DNA from: Candidatus Magasanikiibacteriota bacterium
GTDB taxonomy: Bacteria; Patescibacteriota; Patescibacteriia; Magasanikbacterales; GWA2-37-8
Length of the DNA stretch: 64,000 bases
Direction: 5' to 3'
Assembly (NCBI GenBank): GCA_026396515.1
Contig: JAPLWQ010000003.1
Span: forward strand, 26,204-90,203
Numbering within the stretch: the stretch's first letter is position 1; each line of letters begins with the position of its first letter. Of this stretch, positions 55,780 to 64,000 are shown one piece after another. A program made the translations under genes and the position numbers. The notes under the pieces were generated by a model. That model saw nothing but the letters and a program-made list of their open reading frames with translations. It was not told where the DNA came from and did no database searches.

Positions 55780-57822
55780 ATGAACTTGAAAACTCTTTTC
55801 AATCCGCGGACAGTGGCCGTAATCGGTGCGGCTGATGATCCGAAGAAGCTCGGATACGCGCTGGTATACAATTTGTTGCAGAACAAAAAAAGAAAAGTTA
55901 TACCGGTCAATCCTTCTTTTAAGAAAGTCCTCGGTCTTCGTTGTTTTTCTTCGCTTTCAAAAGTTAAAGACAAAATTGACCTGGTTATTATTGCGGTAAA
56001 GCCGGAAATAGTGCCCTTGGTTTTAAAAGATTGTGGTGAAAAAAAAATTCCTCACGCCATAATTATTACGGCCGGTTTTAAAGAAATTGGCGGAGCGGGT
56101 GCAGAGCGGGAAAAGGAACTCAAAGCGATAGCCAAAAAATATAAAATTAATATTGTCGGTCCGAATTGTCTGGGCGTATTGGACACGGAGAGCAATTTAA
56201 ATGGCACTTTTGGCAGTGAAACAATGCCGAAAAAAGGACCGGTAGCTTTTATTTCGCAATCGGGCGCGGTTGGTACGGCTATGCTTGATTGGGCAATGAA
56301 AAATAATGTCGGGTTTTCCAAATTTGTTTCCATTGGCAATGAGGCCGGTGCGACAGAAAATGATTTTTTGGAATATCTTGGCAAGGACCGCTGTACTTCG
56401 GCAATTTTAATGTATCTTGAAGGTATAACTGATGGAAAAAGATTCATGCGCCAGGTGAAAAAAATATCCGCAAAAAAACCGGTGGTTATTTTAAAAGCCG
56501 GATTGTCCGAGCGCGGCTTAAAAGCAGTGGCGTCTCATACCGGTTCGCTGGCGCCGTCTCGTGAGATATTTCGTACTGCCTGTCGTCAAAGCGGCGCCAT
56601 TCTGGTTGATTCGCTTGGCGCCATGTTTAACCTGGCGAAATTATTGAATGGTGGTTTGTATAGTGCCCCGAATGAATGGGTAATACTGACAAACGGAGGT
56701 GGTCCGTCGATTGTTACCGCCGACTTAATTGAATCCACTCCAAATTTGAACTTATTCGCGCCTGATGAAGCTTTAAAAAATAAATTGAGTAAAGTATTGC
56801 CGGCCACGGCGGCGCTGAACAATCCGGTGGATATTATCGGTGACGCCTTAAGTGATCGCTATGAAGCTGCGTTAAAAATTCTTACTGCAGATAAGAAGGT
56901 GAAGGGGATAATGGTAATTCTTACGCCTCAAAAAATGACGCGGATTAAGGAAACCGCTGTCATTGTGGCAAAGTACGCTTCAAAAATACCAATTATTCCG
57001 CTTTTTATCGGCGGAGCGGCAGCAACCGAGGCGGAGAAGGTTTTTACTAAGCATAATCTAGTCAACTTTATCGATCCGTACGCTGCGGTTGAAGCAGTGT
57101 CCTCTTTGGCTTCGCCAATAAAAAAGAAAGAAGATGCTGATAATCGGATACCGTCAGAAGACGCAGGGCCGATGATGCGCCAAATGCGTTTTAATGAGTG
57201 TGTGGCCATGTTGTACCAGCAGGGTTTAAAAATATCAGGCGATTTTATTGCAAAAAAAGAAAATTTGCGAAGATTTTCGGAAAAGAACAAATTTCCTTGG
57301 GCCATGAAAGTGATGTCAGAGCAGATTGTGCATAAAACAGATGTGGGCGGTGTAAGAGTTAATATAAATAGCTTGGCTGAGGCGGAAAAGGCTTGGAAAG
57401 AAATTTATACGGCAGTGACAAAAAAAATGCCCGGAGTAAAAATTGAGGGTTTTATTGTACAGCCAATGTCATCAGGCAGGGAAGTTATTATTGGTATGAA
57501 GCGCGACCCGTCATTTGGTCCGGTAATTGTTTTTGGCTTGGGTGGCGTTTTTGTGGAAACGCTTAAGGACGCGTCTATGCGCATTTCACCGATAAATGAT
57601 GCTGATGCAATGGCCATGATTTATGAAATTAAAGCGGCGGCAATTTTACGGGGCGTGCGGGGCGAGCCGTCGGTTGATATATCCGCTTTGGCCAAGATTA
57701 TTGTGGCTGTTTCAAAAATGGCGGAGAAACACAAAAATATTAAGGAAATTGATTTTAACCCGGTGATGGCAAGACCGGACGGAGCCGATATTGTAGATGT
57801 GCGAATTATGGTTGAACGCTGA
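55780..57822 (+). CDS. ADP-forming acetate/acyl-CoA synthetase (alpha-beta fusion, ACD)
   Basis: LFNPRTVAVIGA, GPNCLG, SQSGA, ASHTGSL, TNGGG, NPVDI.GDA, HKTDVGGV, DPSFGPVI.FGLGG, EIDFNP. Confidence 0.9.
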   Translation: MNLKTLFNPRTVAVIGAADDPKKLGYALVYNLLQNKKRKVIPVNPSFKKVLGLRCFSSLSKVKDKIDLVIIAVKPEIVPLVLKDCGEKKIPHAIIITAGFKEIGGAGAEREKELKAIAKKYKINIVGPNCLGVLDTESNLNGTFGSETMPKKGPVAFISQSGAVGTAMLDWAMKNNVGFSKFVSIGNEAGATENDFLEYLGKDRCTSAILMYLEGITDGKRFMRQVKKISAKKPVVILKAGLSERGLKAVASHTGSLAPSREIFRTACRQSGAILVDSLGAMFNLAKLLNGGLYSAPNEWVILTNGGGPSIVTADLIESTPNLNLFAPDEALKNKLSKVLPATAALNNPVDIIGDALSDRYEAALKILTADKKVKGIMVILTPQKMTRIKETAVIVAKYASKIPIIPLFIGGAAATEAEKVFTKHNLVNFIDPYAAVEAVSSLASPIKKKEDADNRIPSEDAGPMMRQMRFNECVAMLYQQGLKISGDFIAKKENLRRFSEKNKFPWAMKVMSEQIVHKTDVGGVRVNINSLAEAEKAWKEIYTAVTKKMPGVKIEGFIVQPMSSGREVIIGMKRDPSFGPVIVFGLGGVFVETLKDASMRISPINDADAMAMIYEIKAAAILRGVRGEPSVDISALAKIIVAVSKMAEKHKNIKEIDFNPVMARPDGADIVDVRIMVER

Positions 57823-57825
57823 TTC

Positions 57826-57879
57826 TTGCCATTTATTTTCGCTTATGTTAGAATAATTAAGCCCTTTTTGGGCTTAATT
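57826..57879 (+). promoter_or_regulatory. secA promoter with an adjacent palindrome
   Basis: TTGCCA-17-TAGAAT, then AATTAAGCCC-TTTTT-GGGCTTAATT (57855-57879). Confidence 0.6.
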
Positions 57880-57895
57880 TTCATATTCAAATTAC

Positions 57896-60661
57896 ATGTC
57901 ATTTATTACGAAAATTTTTGGTGATCCGAACGCTAAGGTGCTTAAGGGCATTGAACCGATTATTGCCCAAATAAATGCAAAAGAACCGGAAATTCAGAAG
58001 TTGTCAGCACTAGGTTTAAAAAATAAGACGACCGATCTTAAGGAGCGCCTGGCAAAAGGCGAGACACTCGAGGATATTCTTCCCGAGGCTTTTGCTGTCG
58101 TGCGCGAAATGTCCAAGCGCCTGACTGGAATGCGTCATTTTGACGTACAGCTTGTTGGCGGCGTAGTGCTTCATCGCGGGCAGATTGCGGAGATGAGAAC
58201 CGGTGAAGGTAAAACTTTGGTAGCCACATTGCCGATATATTTAAACGCGTTGGCCGGGAAAGGCGTACATTTGGTCACTGTTAATGATTACCTGGCAAAA
58301 CGCGACGCGGTTTGGATGGGTCAAATTTATGACGCGCTTGGCCTTTCAATCGGTATCATTCAACAACTCGGAGTGTCATACAAATATAATTCGCAAGCGC
58401 GTGCCGCAGTGCCTGACGATGATCTAAGTGAAGGAGGCGCGATTGATAAAGAGCGCGACGCCAAGGGTATGTATAAAATTGAATATGATTATCTGGAGCC
58501 GTGTTCACGCGCCGAAGCGTATCAGTGTGATATCACCTATGGCACGAACAACGAATACGGTTTTGATTATCTGAGGGACAACATGGTTCAGTCGCTTGAA
58601 GACATGTCTCAGCGCAAATTGAGTTATGCGATTGTTGATGAAGTTGACTCAATTTTAATTGATGAAGCGCGAACCCCGCTTATTATTTCCGCTCCGGCTG
58701 AAGAAGCGGCGGATATGTATTATAAATTCGCCGAATTGGTAGAAAAGCTGGAAGAAAATGTTGATTACAATATCGATGAAAAAATGCGTGCTTCCACTTT
58801 GACCGAAGCGGGCATACAAAAAATGGAGAAATGGCTGGGAGTGGGCAATATTTACGCCGAAGGCGATGTAAGTATTGTGCATCACGTGGAACAGTCTTTG
58901 CGTGCCATGGCGTTATTTAAACGTGATCGTGATTATGTGGTGGAAGAAGGTGAAGTGATTATTGTTGATGAATTTACCGGGCGCAAAATGCCCGGCCGCC
59001 GGTATAGCGAAGGTTTGCATCAGGCGATTGAGGCTAAAGAGCGTGTTAAAATTCAGCGTGAAAGCCGGACTATGGCCACCGTAACATTTCAGAACTACTT
59101 TCGCATGTACGAGAAGTTGGCCGGTATGACCGGTACGGCCGTGACTGAAGCTGAAGAGTTTGGAAAAATTTATAAATTGGAAGTGGTGGTAATCCCCACG
59201 AACAAAGTAAATCTTCGCAAAGACCATCCTGATAGAATTTACCGGACCGAGGAATTGAAATATTTAGCTATTGCCAATAAATGCAAGGAATTGCAGGCAA
59301 AAGGCCAGCCGGCGCTGATTGGTACTATTTCAGTTGAAAAAAATGAACAGTTATCAATATACTTGGAGCGGGAGGGCGTTAAACATGAAATTTTGAATGC
59401 AAAGAATCATGAACGTGAAGGTGAAATTATTGCTCAAGCCGGCCGTCCCGGCGCGGTAACGCTGGCTACAAATATGGCCGGCCGCGGCGTAGACATTATT
59501 ATGGGCGGAAATCCGCCGGATAAGGAAATGGGCTCGCGCGCGCGTGAAGCCGGCGGTTTGTTTGTGATCGGCTCCGAACGGCATGAATCCCGCCGCATTG
59601 ACAATCAACTGCGTGGCCGCGCCGCCCGCCAGGGTGATTCCGGTGAATCACAATTTTATCTTTCCACCGAGGATGATTTGATGCGTATTTTTGCCGGTGA
59701 TAGAATCCGGGCGGTAATGCAAACACTGCGAGTGCCGGACGATATGCCGATAGAGCAAAAATCAATTACCCGAATTATTGAATCGGCGCAGAGAAAAGTT
59801 GAAGGATTTCATTTTGACATGCGCAAGCACTTAATTGAGTATGACGATGTTTTGAATAAACACCGCGAGGTAGTTTATGGCAAGCGCCGGAAGATACTGG
59901 ATAATTTTGAAAAAGAAAAGAATCACGTGCCGGTTGAGGGTGAACAAACATTGCGGCAGATGATTTTAGAAATGGTGGAGGAGGAAATAGAGGCGGTTGT
60001 ATCATTTCATACCAATGCCGAAGAAATGGATAATTGGAATTTAAAAGAAATCACCGAGACCATGCAGACGGTGTTTCCTCTTTCCGATACGGAAAAAAAG
60101 GAATTGTCCGGATTGGGCGGAGAGGGCAGACAAAAATTGGAGGCGGTTGAAACGCGCACGAGAATTATTGAATATTTAACAGAACTCTCGAAAAAGAGAT
60201 ACGATGAAATGCTGGTTAAGCAGGCGAGCGATCCGGTTCTGCTTTTGGAAATTGAAAAACAGATGCTGCTACGGTCAATTGATAATCTCTGGATTGATCA
60301 CCTTGTAGCGATTGATTATTTGCGCACCGGTATCGGTCTGCGCGGTTACGGTCAGCGTGACCCGCTTGTTGAATACAAAAAAGAAACTTATCACATGTTT
60401 AATGAGCTTCTGTCACTCATTCAGAAAGAAGTTGTATATTCGATTTATAAGATGGGTATCGGTATGAAGTTTGCTCCGAGCATTATGCAAAAAGGTAATT
60501 TAATACTTCAGGGCGCGGCTAAAGAAGCCGGTGACGCCGTCTCCAGTGGTAAGCCGCGCGATAAAGAGGGGAATGATGTGGGGCGAAACGATCCTTGCCC
60601 ATGCGGAGCAAAACACCCGGACGGGCGACCGATTAAGTTCAAGAATTGCCACGGAAAATAA
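57896..60661 (+). CDS. secA: Preprotein translocase ATPase SecA
   Basis: EMRTGEGKTL, DEVDSILIDEARTPLIIS, ATNMAGRG, RIDNQLRGR, SEC-C GRNDPCPCG...CHG. Confidence 0.98.
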   Translation: MSFITKIFGDPNAKVLKGIEPIIAQINAKEPEIQKLSALGLKNKTTDLKERLAKGETLEDILPEAFAVVREMSKRLTGMRHFDVQLVGGVVLHRGQIAEMRTGEGKTLVATLPIYLNALAGKGVHLVTVNDYLAKRDAVWMGQIYDALGLSIGIIQQLGVSYKYNSQARAAVPDDDLSEGGAIDKERDAKGMYKIEYDYLEPCSRAEAYQCDITYGTNNEYGFDYLRDNMVQSLEDMSQRKLSYAIVDEVDSILIDEARTPLIISAPAEEAADMYYKFAELVEKLEENVDYNIDEKMRASTLTEAGIQKMEKWLGVGNIYAEGDVSIVHHVEQSLRAMALFKRDRDYVVEEGEVIIVDEFTGRKMPGRRYSEGLHQAIEAKERVKIQRESRTMATVTFQNYFRMYEKLAGMTGTAVTEAEEFGKIYKLEVVVIPTNKVNLRKDHPDRIYRTEELKYLAIANKCKELQAKGQPALIGTISVEKNEQLSIYLEREGVKHEILNAKNHEREGEIIAQAGRPGAVTLATNMAGRGVDIIMGGNPPDKEMGSRAREAGGLFVIGSERHESRRIDNQLRGRAARQGDSGESQFYLSTEDDLMRIFAGDRIRAVMQTLRVPDDMPIEQKSITRIIESAQRKVEGFHFDMRKHLIEYDDVLNKHREVVYGKRRKILDNFEKEKNHVPVEGEQTLRQMILEMVEEEIEAVVSFHTNAEEMDNWNLKEITETMQTVFPLSDTEKKELSGLGGEGRQKLEAVETRTRIIEYLTELSKKRYDEMLVKQASDPVLLLEIEKQMLLRSIDNLWIDHLVAIDYLRTGIGLRGYGQRDPLVEYKKETYHMFNELLSLIQKEVVYSIYKMGIGMKFAPSIMQKGNLILQGAAKEAGDAVSSGKPRDKEGNDVGRNDPCPCGAKHPDGRPIKFKNCHGK

Positions 60662-60739
60662 GCACAATCTGTCCACTTGCCTTTTTTGCTCATATTTAGT
60701 AATATTTGCGCACAAAACAATCTATTTTATATCTAAAAT

Positions 60740-62827
60740 ATGGCTAAAACAAAGAATGTTGTTAAGACCGCAACCCGCTCACAGATTAAGTGGAGGATGG
60801 TTGGTGTAACCGCCTTGTTTATTGTATGTTTAGTTGTTGTTGTACCCGGATACTGCAATAAGGGGATTAATTGGGTGAATTCAAAAATTAGCCTAGGCAT
60901 CCCGACTCTTCCGGACAAGGGTTTTAATTTGGGTCTTGATCTTCAAGGCGGCGCCCATCTGCAGTATGTTGCAAAAACCGACAGTATCCCGCCTACAGAA
61001 AGAGCAGCGGCCGTAGAGGGTGTGCGAGACGTCATTGAACGCCGTGTCCGAGGCGGATTGGGCGTGGCTGAACCCCTTGTTCAAACCACAAGAGTAGGCG
61101 AGGAGTACCGTGTAATTGTGGAGCTTCCCGGTGTAGCAAATGTTACCGACGCGATCAAAATGATCGGTGAAACTCCGGTATTGGAATTTAAAGAAGAAAA
61201 TAATGAACCTCCGCGCGAGCTTACGGCCGCAGAAACAAAAGAAATGAATGATTTTAACGCCATAGCCGATAAAAAAATTAAAGAGGTTCAAAAGGAAATA
61301 AATAACAAGGCGGATTTTTCCGCCACCGCTCTTAAGTACAGCGAGGACGAAAAAAGCAAGCGTAACGGCGGAAATCTCGGGTTCATTAACAATAGTATTT
61401 ATCCGGAGATTTATGATTGGGCCGCCAAACAAAATAATGGCGATATTTCCAAAGAGATCATTAAAACTTCGGACGGCTTGAACATAGTAAAGAGATTAAA
61501 TGTGAGAGACGGCGAAAAACAAGTAACCGCCTCCCATATATTGATTTGTTATAAAGGTGCCGAACTTTGCGGCGGTACATTAAGCAAGGAAGACGCAAAA
61601 GCTAAAATTGATGCATTAAAACAAACCGTTAACGTTGAAAATTTTGCGGAAATGGCAAAACAAAATTCCACTGAACCAGGAGTGGCAGAGAGCGGTGGAG
61701 ACCTTGGCACTTTCGGGAAAGGTAAGGTAGTGCCTGAATTTGAAAGTGCGGTTTATGATGCGCCGGTTAATCAGATTATCGGTCCGGTGGAAACCAAATT
61801 CGGTTATCATTTGATACTTAAAAGGGGAGAGGAAACGCCGAAAGAATATGAGGTGGCAAGAATATATGTCCGCACAAAAAGTCAGACAGATATTCTGCCT
61901 CCGAACGATCAGTGGAAATTTACCGGTTTAACCGGTAAACAGCTGAAAAAAGCGGAAGTTACACAGGATAGCCGCAATGGCGAAGTGCAGGTTAATCTGC
62001 AGTTCAATGATGACGGCGCCAAATTATTTGCCGATATTACCACAAGAAATGCCGGGAAATTGGTGGCCATATTTTTGGACGGTGAGCCAATCAGCATTCC
62101 GCGCGTCAACGAGCCGATCATTGAAGGCAGTGCGGTAATTTCCGGCAATTTCAAGTGGGATGAAGCAAAATTGCTCGCTCAGCGCCTTAATTCCGGTGCC
62201 TTGCCGGTTCCGGTTGAATTGGTAAGCCAGCAAAAGGTTGACGCCACGCTCGGTTTTGACTCACTTACAATGAGCTTTAAAGCCGGTGTTATCGGCCTTA
62301 TAATTGTTATATTATTCATGATTTTGTACTATCGGCTGCCGGGTGCCGTCTCTTCACTCGCCTTGCTGATTTACACAGTACTTGTTCTGGCAATATTTAA
62401 AATTATCGGTTTCACTTTGACACTTTCCGGTATCGCCGGTTTTATTCTTTCAATCGGCATGGCCGTTGACGCCAATGTTCTTGTGTTTGAGCGCCTTAAA
62501 GAAGAACTGCGCGCCGGCAAGAATTTGAGAAGCGCCATGGAAGAATCGTTTTTGCGCGCATGGACTTCCATACGCGACAGCAATGTGACGACAATGATTT
62601 CCTGCGTCTTTCTGGTTTGGATGGGAACGGGCTTTGTAAAGGGTTTCGCAGTTATCCTACTTCTTGGTGTAATTGCTTCCATGTTTACTGCCATTACTAT
62701 CACCAGAACACTGATGCGGTTTTTCTTCTATTGGTTCGGGGACAATGCTAATTGGATGTTTTTGGGACATAAAAAGATTGAACCGGTACAGGCGGCCGAC
62801 ACCCGGTCAAATAGCATACTTCAATAA
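60740..62827 (+). CDS. secD: SecD with inserted parvulin-type PPIase domains
   Basis: LGLDLQGG, IVELPG, LNSGALPVP, GMAVDANVLVFER; insert contains ASHILI...GGDLG.F....VPEFE...GPVETKFGYHLI. Confidence 0.93.
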   Translation: MAKTKNVVKTATRSQIKWRMVGVTALFIVCLVVVVPGYCNKGINWVNSKISLGIPTLPDKGFNLGLDLQGGAHLQYVAKTDSIPPTERAAAVEGVRDVIERRVRGGLGVAEPLVQTTRVGEEYRVIVELPGVANVTDAIKMIGETPVLEFKEENNEPPRELTAAETKEMNDFNAIADKKIKEVQKEINNKADFSATALKYSEDEKSKRNGGNLGFINNSIYPEIYDWAAKQNNGDISKEIIKTSDGLNIVKRLNVRDGEKQVTASHILICYKGAELCGGTLSKEDAKAKIDALKQTVNVENFAEMAKQNSTEPGVAESGGDLGTFGKGKVVPEFESAVYDAPVNQIIGPVETKFGYHLILKRGEETPKEYEVARIYVRTKSQTDILPPNDQWKFTGLTGKQLKKAEVTQDSRNGEVQVNLQFNDDGAKLFADITTRNAGKLVAIFLDGEPISIPRVNEPIIEGSAVISGNFKWDEAKLLAQRLNSGALPVPVELVSQQKVDATLGFDSLTMSFKAGVIGLIIVILFMILYYRLPGAVSSLALLIYTVLVLAIFKIIGFTLTLSGIAGFILSIGMAVDANVLVFERLKEELRAGKNLRSAMEESFLRAWTSIRDSNVTTMISCVFLVWMGTGFVKGFAVILLLGVIASMFTAITITRTLMRFFFYWFGDNANWMFLGHKKIEPVQAADTRSNSILQ

Positions 62828-62838
62828 CACAAATCATT

Positions 62839-63750
62839 ATGAATATACCTTTCATTAAGTATTCAAAAATTTGGTTAATTATCAGCATCGCGATAGCGGT
62901 GGTGAGTGTTTGGGCGATTGCCACATGGGGGCTTAAATTTGGTATTGACTTTACCGGTGGATCGCTTATGGAAGCATCTTTTTCAAAGAGTATCCCGACC
63001 GCCGATGAAGTAAAGATGGCACTCGGCACAAATGGAATTGAAAATGCTCTGATTCAAAAAACCAGTGACGGGACGCTGATTATTCGCACGTCATTGCTTT
63101 CAGAGGAAGGGCATCAAAAAGCGCTGAAAACCCTGCAAGATGCTTTTCAAAAAGACGGTAATGTTTTGACTGAGAATCGTTTTGAAATGGTCGGACCATC
63201 CGTTTCAAGTCAGTTGCGCCAGCGTTCCATTTGGGCAATAATTCTTGTTTGTATCGGAATTTTGGCCTACATCGCTTACGCTTTTCGCGTTGTTTCCCGG
63301 CCGGTTGCCAGCTGGAAATTCGGTGCTTTGGCCATACTCGCCATGTTGCACGATGTCCTTCTTGTTATCGGCGTGTTCGCTTTTCTTGGCCATTATTTCG
63401 GAGTGGAAATTGACACCGCTTTTGTGGTGGCCGTGCTAACCATTCTTGGCTTTTCCGTGCATGACACGATCGTTGTCTACGACCGTATCAGAGAAAAATT
63501 GCTGCACAGAACATCCCAGACCCTTGAGGAGATTGTTAACGCCGGTCTGAATCAAACGCTTGGCCGTTCCATTAATACTACTGTAACCGTTTTGATTACG
63601 CTTTTCGCCATGTATTTCTTCGGCGGTGTGAGTATCCACAATTTCGTCTTAGCGCTGATTATAGGCTTTGTTACAGGCGCTTATTCATCAATCTTCATTG
63701 CCTCTCCGCTTTTAGTATACGTGGAGCGCTGGCAGAAAAAGAAGGCATAA
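62839..63750 (+). CDS. secF: Protein translocase subunit SecF
   Basis: GIDFTGG, LHDV, GFSVHDTIVVYDRIRE, QTLGRSINT, YSSIFIASP. Confidence 0.96.
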   Translation: MNIPFIKYSKIWLIISIAIAVVSVWAIATWGLKFGIDFTGGSLMEASFSKSIPTADEVKMALGTNGIENALIQKTSDGTLIIRTSLLSEEGHQKALKTLQDAFQKDGNVLTENRFEMVGPSVSSQLRQRSIWAIILVCIGILAYIAYAFRVVSRPVASWKFGALAILAMLHDVLLVIGVFAFLGHYFGVEIDTAFVVAVLTILGFSVHDTIVVYDRIREKLLHRTSQTLEEIVNAGLNQTLGRSINTTVTVLITLFAMYFFGGVSIHNFVLALIIGFVTGAYSSIFIASPLLVYVERWQKKKA

Positions 63751-63761
63751 TTTTACTTAAG

Positions 63762-63787
63762 AAACCGCCCATTTGGGCGGTTTTTTT
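63762..63787 (+). terminator. Intrinsic terminator after secF
   Basis: AAACCGCCC-ATTT-GGGCGGTTTTTTT. Confidence 0.85.
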
Positions 63788-63831
63788 GTTTTTAAAGTTG
63801 TGGTATACTAATATTGTTAAAATATTGAACT

Positions 63832-63990
63832 ATGAGCGATAATTCTACTCGTCATTTTGTGGCATTCATCATCACTTTGATTGCCCTGTTGGCTTATCTT
63901 GGCGGATATTTTTCCGCCGGATTCGGTTGGTGGTGGGCCGGTTTTGCCGTCCTGATTGTTTATGGCGGCATTTTCAACGCCTTAAAATAA
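63832..63990 (+). CDS. 52-aa two-TM small protein (below the ORF-track cutoff)
   Basis: MSDNSTRHFVAFIITLIALLAYLGGYFSAGFGWWWAGFAVLIVYGGIFNALK*; preceded by a TG-G-TATACT extended -10 and followed by another ATG at 63998. Confidence 0.65.
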   Translation: MSDNSTRHFVAFIITLIALLAYLGGYFSAGFGWWWAGFAVLIVYGGIFNALK

Positions 63991-64000
63991 TATTGTTATG

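Noticed and set aside
55722-55973. 83-aa minus-strand ORF running into the MITE-like element, as a possible transposase remnant
   Set aside because: Mostly antisense to the ACD gene and has no transposase motif.
60580-60661. SecA SEC-C motif with extra residues (CPCGAKHPDGRPIKFKNCHG)
   Set aside because: All four metal ligands are retained; a small loop insertion of little consequence.
1-64000. CRISPR array, rRNA, integrase/transposase, prophage or reverse transcriptase
   Set aside because: No regularly spaced repeats, rRNA-like stretch or recognisable motifs for these in any listed ORF.
1-64000. Alternative genetic code (TGA = Gly)
   Set aside because: Conserved genes are full length in code 11, and several end at TGA at the expected position (rpmE, prfA, OFOR beta, ACD).

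Overview
64 kb of a small-genome bacterium using the standard genetic code. Gene content and style point to Patescibacteria/CPR, probably Parcubacteria-like (inference): a GAD-less AspRS, tandem iPGMs, giant orphan surface proteins and mostly SD-less starts. Most of the window is housekeeping: translation (rplY, rpmE, prfA, prmC, rpsB, tsf, aspS, valS, tyrS, argS, tRNA-Leu-GAG), lower glycolysis (gap, pgk, eno, two gpmI), scpAB, ndk and secA-secD-secF. Six things stand out. (1) A compact fermentation operon: minimal NuoF-like flavoprotein, ECF-S-like membrane protein, [FeFe]-hydrogenase, 2-oxoacid:ferredoxin oxidoreductase alpha/beta and ADP-forming acyl-CoA synthetase, with no NuoE or maturases in view. 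(2) An orphan gene between valS and tyrS whose 3' end looks like a DGR variable region, with no template repeat or RT in the window. (3) SecD with two parvulin PPIase modules inserted in its periplasmic domain. (4) A divergent RelA/SpoT-synthetase-like gene upstream of a short Rel, inside rpmE-prfA-prmC. (5) A 140-bp MITE-like element with a TATGA duplication at an ATGA stop/start overlap, plus a related 32-bp element in a decayed tRNA-Leu 5' half. (6) A 141-nt structured element after aspS. All calls come from reading the sequence and motifs by eye; no searches were run.
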